Origin: Candidatus Saccharimonas aalborgensis
Lineage (GTDB): Bacteria; Patescibacteriota; Saccharimonadia; Saccharimonadales; Saccharimonadaceae
Direction: 5' to 3'
Assembly (NCBI RefSeq): GCF_000392435.1
Contig: NC_021219.1
Coordinates: 750,001 to 782,000, forward strand
Length of the DNA: 32,000 nucleotides
In this document: in pieces, positions 24,931-32,000 of the stretch
Position numbering within the stretch: position 1 is the stretch's first letter
How the letters are laid out: each line of letters opens with the position of its first letter
Position numbers and translations under genes: made by a program
The notes under the pieces: model-generated
Seen by the model: the letters and a program-made list of their open reading frames with translations, nothing else
Told to the model about the DNA's origin: nothing
The model's database searches: none

Positions 24931-26002
24931 CGTCAGTGATTTTACGGCGCTCCTCAACCAGACGCTTGAGTACGCGTATTCCTCTGTTGAGATTGAGGGC
25001 GAGGTAGCAAGTTTTAAGGTCAACCAAAATAAATATGTATTTTTTGACCTAAAGGATGAACAAGCAACCGTGAGCTGCTTTATGAGTGTCTGGCAGCTGC
25101 GAATCCCGATCGAAGACGGGATGAAAGTGGTTATCAAAGCCGTTCCAAAGCTCACTGCGTGGGGGAAGTTTAGCCTCACGGTTCAGTCGGTACGACCAAG
25201 CGGCGCAGGAAGTCTCAAAAAAAGTTTTGAGCTCTTGAGGGAGAAACTGGCAAAGGAAGGATTATTTGCGCCGGAGCGCAAGCGCCTACTGCCACGATTT
25301 CCGCAGCGGGTTGCTGTCATCAGTAGCACCGAAGCCGCGGGCTACAAAGATTTCATAAAAATTCTCGATAACCGCTGGGGAGGGGTTGCCGTCGAAGTCG
25401 CGCATGTACAAGTTCAGGGCGAGCGAGCTGCTGACCAGATTATCCGTGCCATTAAGTATTTCAATGAGAAAGAAACCTTAGCTGATGTTTTGGTAGTTGT
25501 GCGTGGGGGCGGAAGTGCTGACGACCTTAGCACCTTTAATGATGAACTGCTTGTAAGAGAAATGGCGGCGAGCAGGATACCGACACTGGTTGGCATAGGA
25601 CATGACGTTGACGAGACGTTGATTGACTTTGTGGCGGACGTAAGAGCTGCCACCCCCAGCAACGCAGCAGAGCTTCTGGTCCTGGACCGTCGAGAAGTCA
25701 TTGCATCAACCAATCACAGCCTAATGAGGATTGCATCACGTACCGAAGAGGCGATTGGACAACAGCAGACGAATATCGAGAGACAACTATCTGAAGCAGT
25801 GAAGGTGCTTGAAAGCAGATGCCAGCGTATAGAAGTAACGGTAGCGAGTATCTCGCAGCTGATCGAAGCATACAGCCCAAGAGAGGTGTTGGAGCGTGGT
25901 TACGCAGTTGTCAGAGGCAGGGTAGAGGTAGGAAGCATGATCAGCGTCGAGAGGGAAAAAGATATAATTATCGCGGAGGTCAAAGATGTCAAAAGAACAT
26001 AA
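24893..26002 (+). CDS. xseA: Exodeoxyribonuclease VII large subunit
   Basis: ISVSDFTALLNQTLE, VEIEGEVASFK...HVYFDLKDE-type OB fold, RVAVISSTEAAGYKDFIKIL, VVRGGGSADDLSTFNDE, PTLVGIGHDVDETLIDFVADVRAATPSNAAE. Start inferred as ATG 24893 (track 24857). Confidence 0.93.
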   Translation: MTNETQNLSAIISVSDFTALLNQTLEYAYSSVEIEGEVASFKVNQNKYVFFDLKDEQATVSCFMSVWQLRIPIEDGMKVVIKAVPKLTAWGKFSLTVQSVRPSGAGSLKKSFELLREKLAKEGLFAPERKRLLPRFPQRVAVISSTEAAGYKDFIKILDNRWGGVAVEVAHVQVQGERAADQIIRAIKYFNEKETLADVLVVVRGGGSADDLSTFNDELLVREMAASRIPTLVGIGHDVDETLIDFVADVRAATPSNAAELLVLDRREVIASTNHSLMRIASRTEEAIGQQQTNIERQLSEAVKVLESRCQRIEVTVASISQLIEAYSPREVLERGYAVVRGRVEVGSMISVEREKDIIIAEVKDVKRT

Positions 26003-26195
26003 AACTATCAACGAGCAGATGGCACAACTACAAGAATTGGTTGGTTGGTTTGAGGGAGACGACTTCGAAATTGAACAAGCGCTCGACAAATATGCGGAAG
26101 CGGAAAAACTGGCGCGTGATATCCAGGTACAGCTGACAGAATACAAAAATCAAATTACGGTACTAAAAAAACGCTTTGATCAAACGGACCTATGA
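25986..26195 (+). CDS. xseB: Exodeoxyribonuclease VII small subunit
   Basis: Overlaps the xseA 3' end. 69 aa with LQELVGWFEGDDFEIEQALDKYAEAEKLARDIQVQL. Confidence 0.88.
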   Translation: MSKEHKTINEQMAQLQELVGWFEGDDFEIEQALDKYAEAEKLARDIQVQLTEYKNQITVLKKRFDQTDL

Positions 26196-26713
26196 TGTGG
26201 CTCTGGATTTTGAGCGGCTTTGTCATTTTTTTTGGATTCATGGCGTTCACCGGTGCACCCTACCTGCCTTCAAAACGGAAGGAGTTGGAGCGTACATTCC
26301 GCGAACTCTGTCCCCTCGACGACGATACCCTTGTTGATATTGGCTCGGGAGACGGTATCGTTCTTCGGGAGGCAATTCGTCAGGGGGCTCGTCATGCCTA
26401 TGGTGTCGAGATCAACCCCTTCATCGCCTGGGTTTCGCGGTTAGTATCGCGTCGGTACGGAAACAGAATCAAAGTGCGATGCGCGAATCTCTGGACGATC
26501 ACGTTTCCTGCGGAGACAACGGTTGTATATACCTTTGCAACGCATAGAGACATCAAAAAGATGTACAAAAAAGTTGCACAGGAAGCCTCGCGACTCGGGC
26601 GAACTATCAGGTTTGTATCCTATGCATTTGAGGTACCGGGTGTTCCTAAAAAAATGACACTTGGGGCACACCATCTCTATGAGGTAAAGCCCTTTACAGA
26701 TAAAAAAGCGTAA
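26192..26713 (+). CDS. Membrane-anchored class I methyltransferase, FAM173/ATPSC-KMT-like
   Basis: N-terminal TM helix, then DDTLVDIGSGDGIVLREAIRQGARHAYGVEINPFIAWVSR and NLW. ATGA overlap with xseB. Confidence 0.7.
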   Translation: MMWLWILSGFVIFFGFMAFTGAPYLPSKRKELERTFRELCPLDDDTLVDIGSGDGIVLREAIRQGARHAYGVEINPFIAWVSRLVSRRYGNRIKVRCANLWTITFPAETTVVYTFATHRDIKKMYKKVAQEASRLGRTIRFVSYAFEVPGVPKKMTLGAHHLYEVKPFTDKKA

Positions 26714-26720
26714 GTATAAT
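26693..26720 (+). promoter_or_regulatory. Promoter TTTACA-16-TATAAT, 7 nt before the ATG at 26728
   Basis: -35 at 26693-26698 (5/6), perfect -10 at 26715-26720. Confidence 0.7.
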
Positions 26721-26727
26721 AAGAACT

Positions 26728-27393
26728 ATGGTACGGTCAAAAAAAGAATCTGGAATGATCCACGGATACGTCTTTGTTATTATTGCATTAGCACTATTAA
26801 CGGTGTTTTTTGGGGGGTTTTCGGTCTGGGCGTATCTCAACTATACTGACGTGAAGGATGATGTCGATGGGAAAATAACGGTCGCCAAGGCGGAAGCGTC
26901 TAAGCAGCAAGCCGAGGCTGATGAAGTTAAGTTTTTGGATCGAGAAAAGCAGCCGATGCGTCAGTTTGTCGGCCCGGACGACTACGGACACCTGACGTTT
27001 GATTATCCAAAGACGTGGAGTGCTTACCAAGCTACCGATGTAAGTGGCGGTGGGGGCGCGACATATCAGGCGTATCTTAACCCTATATTGGTGCCGCCAA
27101 TCAGTGTACAGAATCAGAAAGTTGCACTGAGAGTGACGATCGAGCAGACATCGTACGAAAAATCCCTCGGAAACTATGATGCCGCAATCAAAAAAGGTGA
27201 CCTTAAATCGATTGCGTGGTCAAATGATAACGGCATGAGTGGTACGCGCGTTGACGGTAACTTCAACAAGGACGTCAGGGGTGCTGCTATTATTGTCAAA
27301 ATGCGTGACCGTACACTTACTATTAGAACGGATGCCGATATATTTAAAGCCGATTTTGATGCACTTATCAAAACGGTGAAGTTCAATCAGTAA
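26728..27393 (+). CDS. Hypothetical membrane-anchored extracytoplasmic protein
   Basis: TM helix YVFVIIALALLTVFFGGFSVWAYL, coiled segment, then a PsbP/Mog1-like β-rich region DDYGHLTFDYPKTWSAYQ. The PsbP-like assignment is tentative. Confidence 0.7.
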   Translation: MVRSKKESGMIHGYVFVIIALALLTVFFGGFSVWAYLNYTDVKDDVDGKITVAKAEASKQQAEADEVKFLDREKQPMRQFVGPDDYGHLTFDYPKTWSAYQATDVSGGGGATYQAYLNPILVPPISVQNQKVALRVTIEQTSYEKSLGNYDAAIKKGDLKSIAWSNDNGMSGTRVDGNFNKDVRGAAIIVKMRDRTLTIRTDADIFKADFDALIKTVKFNQ

Positions 27394-27430
27394 ATTGTGC
27401 TAAACCGGCCCCCCATGGACTGCTCTTTCG

Positions 27431-27439
27431 TGCTACACT
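27431..27439 (+). promoter_or_regulatory. Extended -10 (TGC TACACT) for the kinase-receiver-recO cluster
   Basis: TGCTACACT, 9 nt before ATG 27449. Confidence 0.5.
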
Positions 27440-27448
27440 AGAGACAGT

Positions 27449-28186
27449 ATGGAGGGGAGTGAGAGACAATTCAAGGATGAGGGTGGCGTTTCAGTAATTG
27501 ATACGCCCTTTTTTGTTGCTGCGGCACATGAACTCAAGTCTCCACTGGCCCTCATCCGCCAGCTTTCTCTTGCATTGGAGGCCGGGGATTGTTCGCTTGA
27601 TGAAGCATCAACAATGATCCGCCGGATTTCGCTGACGAGTGAGCGGGCACTGAGATTGACGACAGATTTAACACGCAGTTCGCGTCTCAAGGATAGCTTG
27701 TTTTCGCTTGAGCCTGTCAACCCAATGTCACTATGCGAAGAGGTTGTGGACGAACTTCAGCCGCTGTACGCGGCCAAGGGCCGTCGGTTGGTAGTCGCCG
27801 AGAGACATCGCCCTCTACTAGCCGTGGCAAATAAAGATCTACTGAGGAGAATACTAATAAACTTTGCTGACAACGCGCTTCACTATAGTGTCGGGAGTGA
27901 GCCAGTAGTAGTGAAAGCTTCGGCCCATAGCGGTGGCACAAAAATTCGATTAGCGGTGCGTGACCATGGTCCCGCGTTGCCATCGCAACTGTGGCGGCGG
28001 CTCGATACTTCTCTCGGAGTTAGTTCTCAGCCGCTGCATAACCGTCCGCAAAGTAGCGGTCTAGGACTTACGATTGCACGGCGCTTTGCTGAAACGATGA
28101 TGGGAAGTGTAGGCGCAACTCGCCATCAAGACGGCGCGACATTTTATGTTGATCTGACCGCGTCGACGCAACTGAGGTTGTTGTAA
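27449..28186 (+). CDS. Short cytoplasmic histidine kinase (HisKA + HATPase), no sensor domain
   Basis: H-box FFVAAAHELKSPLALIRQL, N-box LINFADNALHYS, G1 VRDHGPALP, G2 SSGLGLTIARRFAE. Confidence 0.88.
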   Translation: MEGSERQFKDEGGVSVIDTPFFVAAAHELKSPLALIRQLSLALEAGDCSLDEASTMIRRISLTSERALRLTTDLTRSSRLKDSLFSLEPVNPMSLCEEVVDELQPLYAAKGRRLVVAERHRPLLAVANKDLLRRILINFADNALHYSVGSEPVVVKASAHSGGTKIRLAVRDHGPALPSQLWRRLDTSLGVSSQPLHNRPQSSGLGLTIARRFAETMMGSVGATRHQDGATFYVDLTASTQLRLL

Positions 28187-28557
28187 TGAGCCACCCACTT
28201 GTAGTGGTCATAGACGACGACGAGTGGATGAGTGCTCATGTGGCTCGAGTATTGAAGAAGCATGGCTACGAAGTGGAAGCGGTGCCTCATGCCATCGAAG
28301 GGATGCAGCTGATTGATCGCACGCATCCGGCGGCCATCATTCTTGATTTATTTATGCCTGGCCCAAATGCGTTTGTACTACTTCATGAGTTGCGCTCACA
28401 CAGTGATCTCTCACAAATACCTATCATATTGTGTACCAATAGTGCCCGCGAATTGGGTGACTATGATCTCGGATCGTATGGCGTCCATATCGTACTCGAC
28501 AAGACAACAATGCAACCCGACGACTTGGTTGCGGCAGTTCGGAGAGTGACATCATGA
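28186..28557 (+). CDS. Stand-alone response-regulator receiver domain protein
   Basis: TAATG overlap with the kinase. VVVIDDDEWMSAHVARVL, AIILDLFMPGP, LCTNS, VLDKTT. Confidence 0.87.
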   Translation: MSHPLVVVIDDDEWMSAHVARVLKKHGYEVEAVPHAIEGMQLIDRTHPAAIILDLFMPGPNAFVLLHELRSHSDLSQIPIILCTNSARELGDYDLGSYGVHIVLDKTTMQPDDLVAAVRRVTS

Positions 28558-29228
28558 GTGTCGAGCGGACGCGGGCAATTATCCTGAGGAGAACGAATTA
28601 TGGTGAAGCAGATCGCGTACTCAGAATGATCACACCGCTCGGCCAACGGTCTGTGATTGCTAAAGGTGTGAGAAGAGAAAAAAGCAAATTGGCCGGAGGA
28701 ATCGAGCTATTTGCGATTAGTGACGTCGTTATTACGGGGGGGAGGGGCGAGTTGGGGATACTGACTTCTGCGCGGTTGGTGCAGTTTTATCAGCACATAT
28801 TGAACGACTACGATCGCCTCCAGTTTGGGTACGAATCAATAAATCTGGTAGCAAAAGCAAGTGAAATGATTGACGAGCCAGAGTGGTATGGTGTCCTCAG
28901 TGAGGTGTATATGGGGCTTGATGTGTCGACGATTCCGCTGCAGCTCATCCAAACGTGGTTTTATGTTCACTATGCAGAGTTGACGGGATATGAGTTGAAT
29001 CTCGAGAATGATGTTACTGGCCAGCCGCTTGATGAGAAAAAAACGTACATGTATGATTCGTCTGAGCGTGGGTTGAGACCGGCGGAGCAGGGAGATATTT
29101 CGGCAGATCATATCAAGTTACTGCGCATCATTGCAACCAAGCCAATTCAAACCATTACCCAGATAGGTGGGGTGATGAGCATTTTACCTGATTGTTGGCT
29201 GATCGCCCGTCAACATGCCTCGGTGTAA
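28554..29228 (+). CDS. recO: DNA repair protein RecO
   Basis: ERTRAIILRRTNYGEADRVLRMITPLGQRSVIAKGVRREKSKLAGGIELF plus a C-terminal helical domain. Confidence 0.88.
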   Translation: MSVERTRAIILRRTNYGEADRVLRMITPLGQRSVIAKGVRREKSKLAGGIELFAISDVVITGGRGELGILTSARLVQFYQHILNDYDRLQFGYESINLVAKASEMIDEPEWYGVLSEVYMGLDVSTIPLQLIQTWFYVHYAELTGYELNLENDVTGQPLDEKKTYMYDSSERGLRPAEQGDISADHIKLLRIIATKPIQTITQIGGVMSILPDCWLIARQHASV

Positions 29229-29233
29229 AATTA

Positions 29234-29242
29234 TGCTATACT
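29234..29242 (+). promoter_or_regulatory. Extended -10 (TGC TATACT) for glyS
   Basis: TGCTATACT between recO and glyS. Implies a leader of about 47 nt. Confidence 0.55.
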
Positions 29243-29262
29243 ACGACTAAGGTTAATTCTAA

Positions 29263-29279
29263 GCATGTTGCCAACATGC
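29263..29279. promoter_or_regulatory. Perfect 8-bp inverted repeat in the glyS leader
   Basis: GCATGTTG-C-CAACATGC, directly followed by SD-like AGGAAG. Confidence 0.7.
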
Positions 29280-29295
29280 AGGAAGTGTGTGCACT

Positions 29296-30660
29296 ATGAG
29301 CGACGTAAAACTTGATGATATCGTGAGCCTCGCAAAACGGAGAGGCTTTGTTTACCCGGGTAGTGAGATCTACGGCGGTGAAGCTGGTTTGTATGATTTT
29401 GGACCGTACGGTGTGGAGCTGCTCAATAACATTAAGAAGTCTTGGTGGCGCCGCAATGTACAGCTCAAAGAAAATTATGTCGGGATTGATTCGGCGATGT
29501 TCAAAAATCCGCGTGTTTGGGAAGCTTCGGGACATGTTGCGGGATTTGCCGACCCGCTTGCTGAGTGTCGTGAGTGTCATGCGCGTATTCGCGTTGACAA
29601 GGAGCTGGCAGCGATCGGCGTACAGGCCGACGAAAAAATGAGTAATGAAGATTTGAATAAATTGTTTGACGATAACCGCGACAAGATCAAGTGTCCTGTG
29701 TGTGGCAAGCAGAACTTTACCGAGTCTAAGCCATTCAATATGTTGGTTCAATCAAATCTCGGTGACTTTACTAGTGAAAACAAACGACCTGTCTATCTAC
29801 CTGGTGAGGCATGTCAGGGGATTTATCTCAATTTCAAAAACGTTGTCGATACAACGCGAATGAAGATACCATTTGGTATCGCTCAGATTGGCAAAGCCTT
29901 TCGCAATGAGATTAGTCCGCGCAATTTCCTATTTCGTACTCGCGAGCTTGAGCAAGCTGATACGCAGTTTTTTGTGAAACCACACGAGAACAAAGAAGCC
30001 TATGAGCGAATCAAGCAAGATCGCTGGGACTGGTATGTGAGTGACCTCGGTATCAATCCTGAGAAATTGCGCTGGCATCAGCATGAAAACCTGGTGTTTT
30101 ATGCGTCGGATGCCTGGGATATCGAGTACAGCTACCCGAGTCTTGGCTTCGACGAGGTGGAGGGCATTCATGATCGGACTGACTATGACCTGTCGCAGCA
30201 CATGAAATATAGCGGTGTCGACCTCAATTACATCGACCCAATGACACAAGAGAAGTACATTCCGTGGGTACTCGAGACCTCTATGGGAATGGGACGCATC
30301 TTTATGGCCGTGATGAGTGATGCCTATACGGTGGAAACGATGGAAAATGGTGACACGCGAACTGTATTGAAACTAAAGCCAGAGCTTGCGCCCGTGCAGT
30401 ATGCGGTGTTTCCGCTGCTCAAGAATAGGCCTGAGCTTGTCGCAAAAGCCCGTGAGGTCTATGAAGAGTTGAGCAAAAAATTTGTCTGTGAATGGGACGA
30501 CAATGGCAACATCGGCAAACGCTATCGTCGCCAAGACGAAATCGGTACGCCCTACTGTGTGGTGATCGATTTCCAGACGTTAGAGGATGGGACGGTAACG
30601 GTGCGGGATAGAGATACGACGGAACAGAAGAGGGTGAAGCCCGAGGAGACCGCCCGGTAA
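29296..30660 (+). CDS. glyS: Glycyl-tRNA synthetase (single-polypeptide class II type)
   Basis: LAKRRGFVYPGSEIYGG, YDFGPYGVELLNNIKKSWW, FNLMFxT-equivalent FNMLVQSNLG, LPGEACQGIYLNFKNV, GIAQIGKAFRNEISPRNFLFRTRELEQ. Start inferred as ATG 29296 (track GTG 29287). Confidence 0.93.
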   Translation: MSDVKLDDIVSLAKRRGFVYPGSEIYGGEAGLYDFGPYGVELLNNIKKSWWRRNVQLKENYVGIDSAMFKNPRVWEASGHVAGFADPLAECRECHARIRVDKELAAIGVQADEKMSNEDLNKLFDDNRDKIKCPVCGKQNFTESKPFNMLVQSNLGDFTSENKRPVYLPGEACQGIYLNFKNVVDTTRMKIPFGIAQIGKAFRNEISPRNFLFRTRELEQADTQFFVKPHENKEAYERIKQDRWDWYVSDLGINPEKLRWHQHENLVFYASDAWDIEYSYPSLGFDEVEGIHDRTDYDLSQHMKYSGVDLNYIDPMTQEKYIPWVLETSMGMGRIFMAVMSDAYTVETMENGDTRTVLKLKPELAPVQYAVFPLLKNRPELVAKAREVYEELSKKFVCEWDDNGNIGKRYRRQDEIGTPYCVVIDFQTLEDGTVTVRDRDTTEQKRVKPEETAR

Positions 30661-31193
30661 TGATAAGTAATTACGCTTACATCGATGGGCAGAACCTCAA
30701 GATGGGAACCATTGACACTAACCCATCGTGGCAGATTGACCTGAGACGATTTCGTGTGTATTTGAGGGAAAAATACAATGTCGAAAAAGCGTTTTACTAC
30801 ATGGGATATGTGATAGATGGCGCAAAATACGAAAAATTGTATGAAAACATCCAAGAAGCCGGTTTTATATTGGTGTTTCGTGAGCACAATAGTTCGATGC
30901 TCGGCAAAAAGAAGGGAAACGTCGATACTGATATTGTCCTAAATGTTATGAAACGTACATATCTAAAAGAGCCGTTCGATAAAATTGTGCTTGTTTCGGG
31001 TGACGGTGACTACAAAGCACTTGTAGACTTCTTGATCGAGCAAAACAAATTCGAAAAAATTCTTTTCCCGAACAAAAAATTTGCCTCGTCCCTGTACAAG
31101 CAGCTTGAACCAAAGTATTTTGACTATCTAAATTACCCGTCCGTGCAACATAAAATTGAATATCAAAAAAGAAGGTCCTCCTTAGGTAATTAG
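30660..31193 (+). CDS. NYN-domain (LabA/PIN-like) putative ribonuclease
   Basis: YAYIDGQNLKMG, GNVDTDIVLNVM, KIVLVSGDGDYKALVDFL acidic motifs. Confidence 0.85.
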   Translation: MISNYAYIDGQNLKMGTIDTNPSWQIDLRRFRVYLREKYNVEKAFYYMGYVIDGAKYEKLYENIQEAGFILVFREHNSSMLGKKKGNVDTDIVLNVMKRTYLKEPFDKIVLVSGDGDYKALVDFLIEQNKFEKILFPNKKFASSLYKQLEPKYFDYLNYPSVQHKIEYQKRRSSLGN

Positions 31194-31265
31194 CCTTTCG
31201 GATCGCCTTCGTCTTGATGGATATATTGTACCAAAGTTTAATAATTTTTACAAGAGGTAACAAAG

Positions 31266-31661
31266 ATGTTTCGGTTTGACACAACCTCGCTCTCAATTAA
31301 TGCAAAACCCGAAAAAGTCTGGGAGTATGTGGCGAATATCAATAACTGGCCGCAGTTTAGTGATTTTGCAAGTAATATCGAGAAGATAAAAGATGGCGAG
31401 TGGGTATTTCACACATCACAGGGTGATGTACGAGTAATCGAGAAGTTTGATCGTGAACATCTACTACTCGATACTATATGCATTGTACCGAGCGGTGATG
31501 AACAATTTATCCCGTATCGCGTGGTGCCAAATGGCGAGGGCTGCGAACTAATCATGACAAATCAGCAAACTGCCGGCGTCAGCGATACAGAATACGCCGA
31601 GCAATTGACGTGGATGCGCGAGGAACTTGAAAACATTAAGAAAATTATGGAGGTGAGATGA
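31266..31661 (+). CDS. SRPBCC/START-like domain protein
   Basis: SINAKPEKVWEYVANINNWPQFSDFASNIEKI typical N-terminus. SD AGAGG. Confidence 0.8.
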   Translation: MFRFDTTSLSINAKPEKVWEYVANINNWPQFSDFASNIEKIKDGEWVFHTSQGDVRVIEKFDREHLLLDTICIVPSGDEQFIPYRVVPNGEGCELIMTNQQTAGVSDTEYAEQLTWMREELENIKKIMEVR

Positions 31662-32000
31662 GATTATCGATCAATTCACTTCGTGAACAAGTTACAAAGA
31701 TACTAGAAAAGAATTTGTCCCACGAACAGGCTGAAATTGTGGCAAAGTATTTTGTGTGGGCGGAGATGTCGGGAAACAAAACACAGGGAATCGTGAAACT
31801 TATGGGGGCGTCCTCGATACAAAATATTAGACCCCAGGGTGAGATCGAGATAGTAAAAGATACAAAATTGTCGCGAATTATTGATGCAAAAGACAATCCC
31901 GCGCCATTGAATGCTCAGATAGCTACCGACCTTGCCATACAAAAAGCCAGCGAGCACGGTTTTGCAATCGTCGGGGTAAAAAATACTTTTTCGAGCAATG
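31658..32000 (+). CDS. Malate/L-lactate dehydrogenase-like (Ldh_2 family) protein, 3'-truncated by the window end
   Basis: Open frame absent from the ORF track. ATGA overlap; MRLSINSLREQVTKILEKNLSHEQAEIVAKYFVWAEMSGNKTQGIVKLM... typical Ldh_2 N-terminus. Confidence 0.7.
   Translation, partial: MRLSINSLREQVTKILEKNLSHEQAEIVAKYFVWAEMSGNKTQGIVKLMGASSIQNIRPQGEIEIVKDTKLSRIIDAKDNPAPLNAQIATDLAIQKASEHGFAIVGVKNTFSSN

Noticed and set aside
30660-31193. NYN-domain protein considered as part of a defence or toxin module
   Set aside because: Translationally coupled to glyS and followed by an SRPBCC gene; no antitoxin or defence neighbour supports a system.
1-32000. CRISPR arrays, tRNA/rRNA genes, transposases or toxin-antitoxin/defence islands
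   Set aside because: No spaced direct repeats, cloverleaf-like stretches, IS ends or recognisable defence proteins were seen by eye. tRNAscan/Infernal/CRISPR tools could not be run.
1-32000. Alternative genetic code with UGA as Gly, as in Gracilibacteria/Absconditabacteria
   Set aside because: prfB (RF2) is present and several genes end in TGA at tight overlaps (ABC ATPase, ftsE, xseB). No conserved protein needs UGA readthrough.

Overview
This 32 kb window is densely packed and mostly housekeeping. It looks like a small-genome CPR/Candidatus Saccharibacteria-type bacterium; that taxonomic guess is inference from gene content and protein style, with no database search run. Supported genes, left to right: a partial phage-like metallophosphoesterase, lysS, a MacB-like ABC ATPase and permease, a class I methyltransferase, serS, pyrD, hpf/raiA, secA, two tandem M16-type peptidases, murD, murI (convergent with and overlapping murD), prfB (divergent from murI), ftsE-ftsX and a coiled-coil CHAP hydrolase, an S41 C-terminal processing protease, a stand-alone receiver, a novel soluble protein, a lone rpmA (bL27), a Trm11/TrmG10-like methylase divergent from a flippase-like membrane protein, xseA-xseB, a FAM173-like methyltransferase, a membrane-anchored hypothetical, a sensorless histidine kinase plus a stand-alone receiver, recO, glycyl-tRNA synthetase, a NYN-domain protein, an SRPBCC protein and a truncated Ldh_2-family dehydrogenase. 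I found no CRISPR array, rRNA, tRNA or recognisable defence island. The most notable signal is regulatory. Eleven start codons sit only 5-9 nt downstream of a good -10 hexamer, which implies leaderless or near-leaderless mRNAs, and these coexist with other genes that have normal Shine-Dalgarno leaders. Two divergent gene pairs are separated by only 22-23 bp, and each gap is built around an 8-bp palindromic -10 element (ATTATAAT or AGTATACT) that appears to serve both directions. Other secondary observations are a 12-bp hairpin overlapping the candidate ctpA -10, a palindrome in the glyS leader, a mini-ORF in the secA leader, the M16 pair next to secA/murD, and the FtsEX-CHAP hydrolase arrangement.
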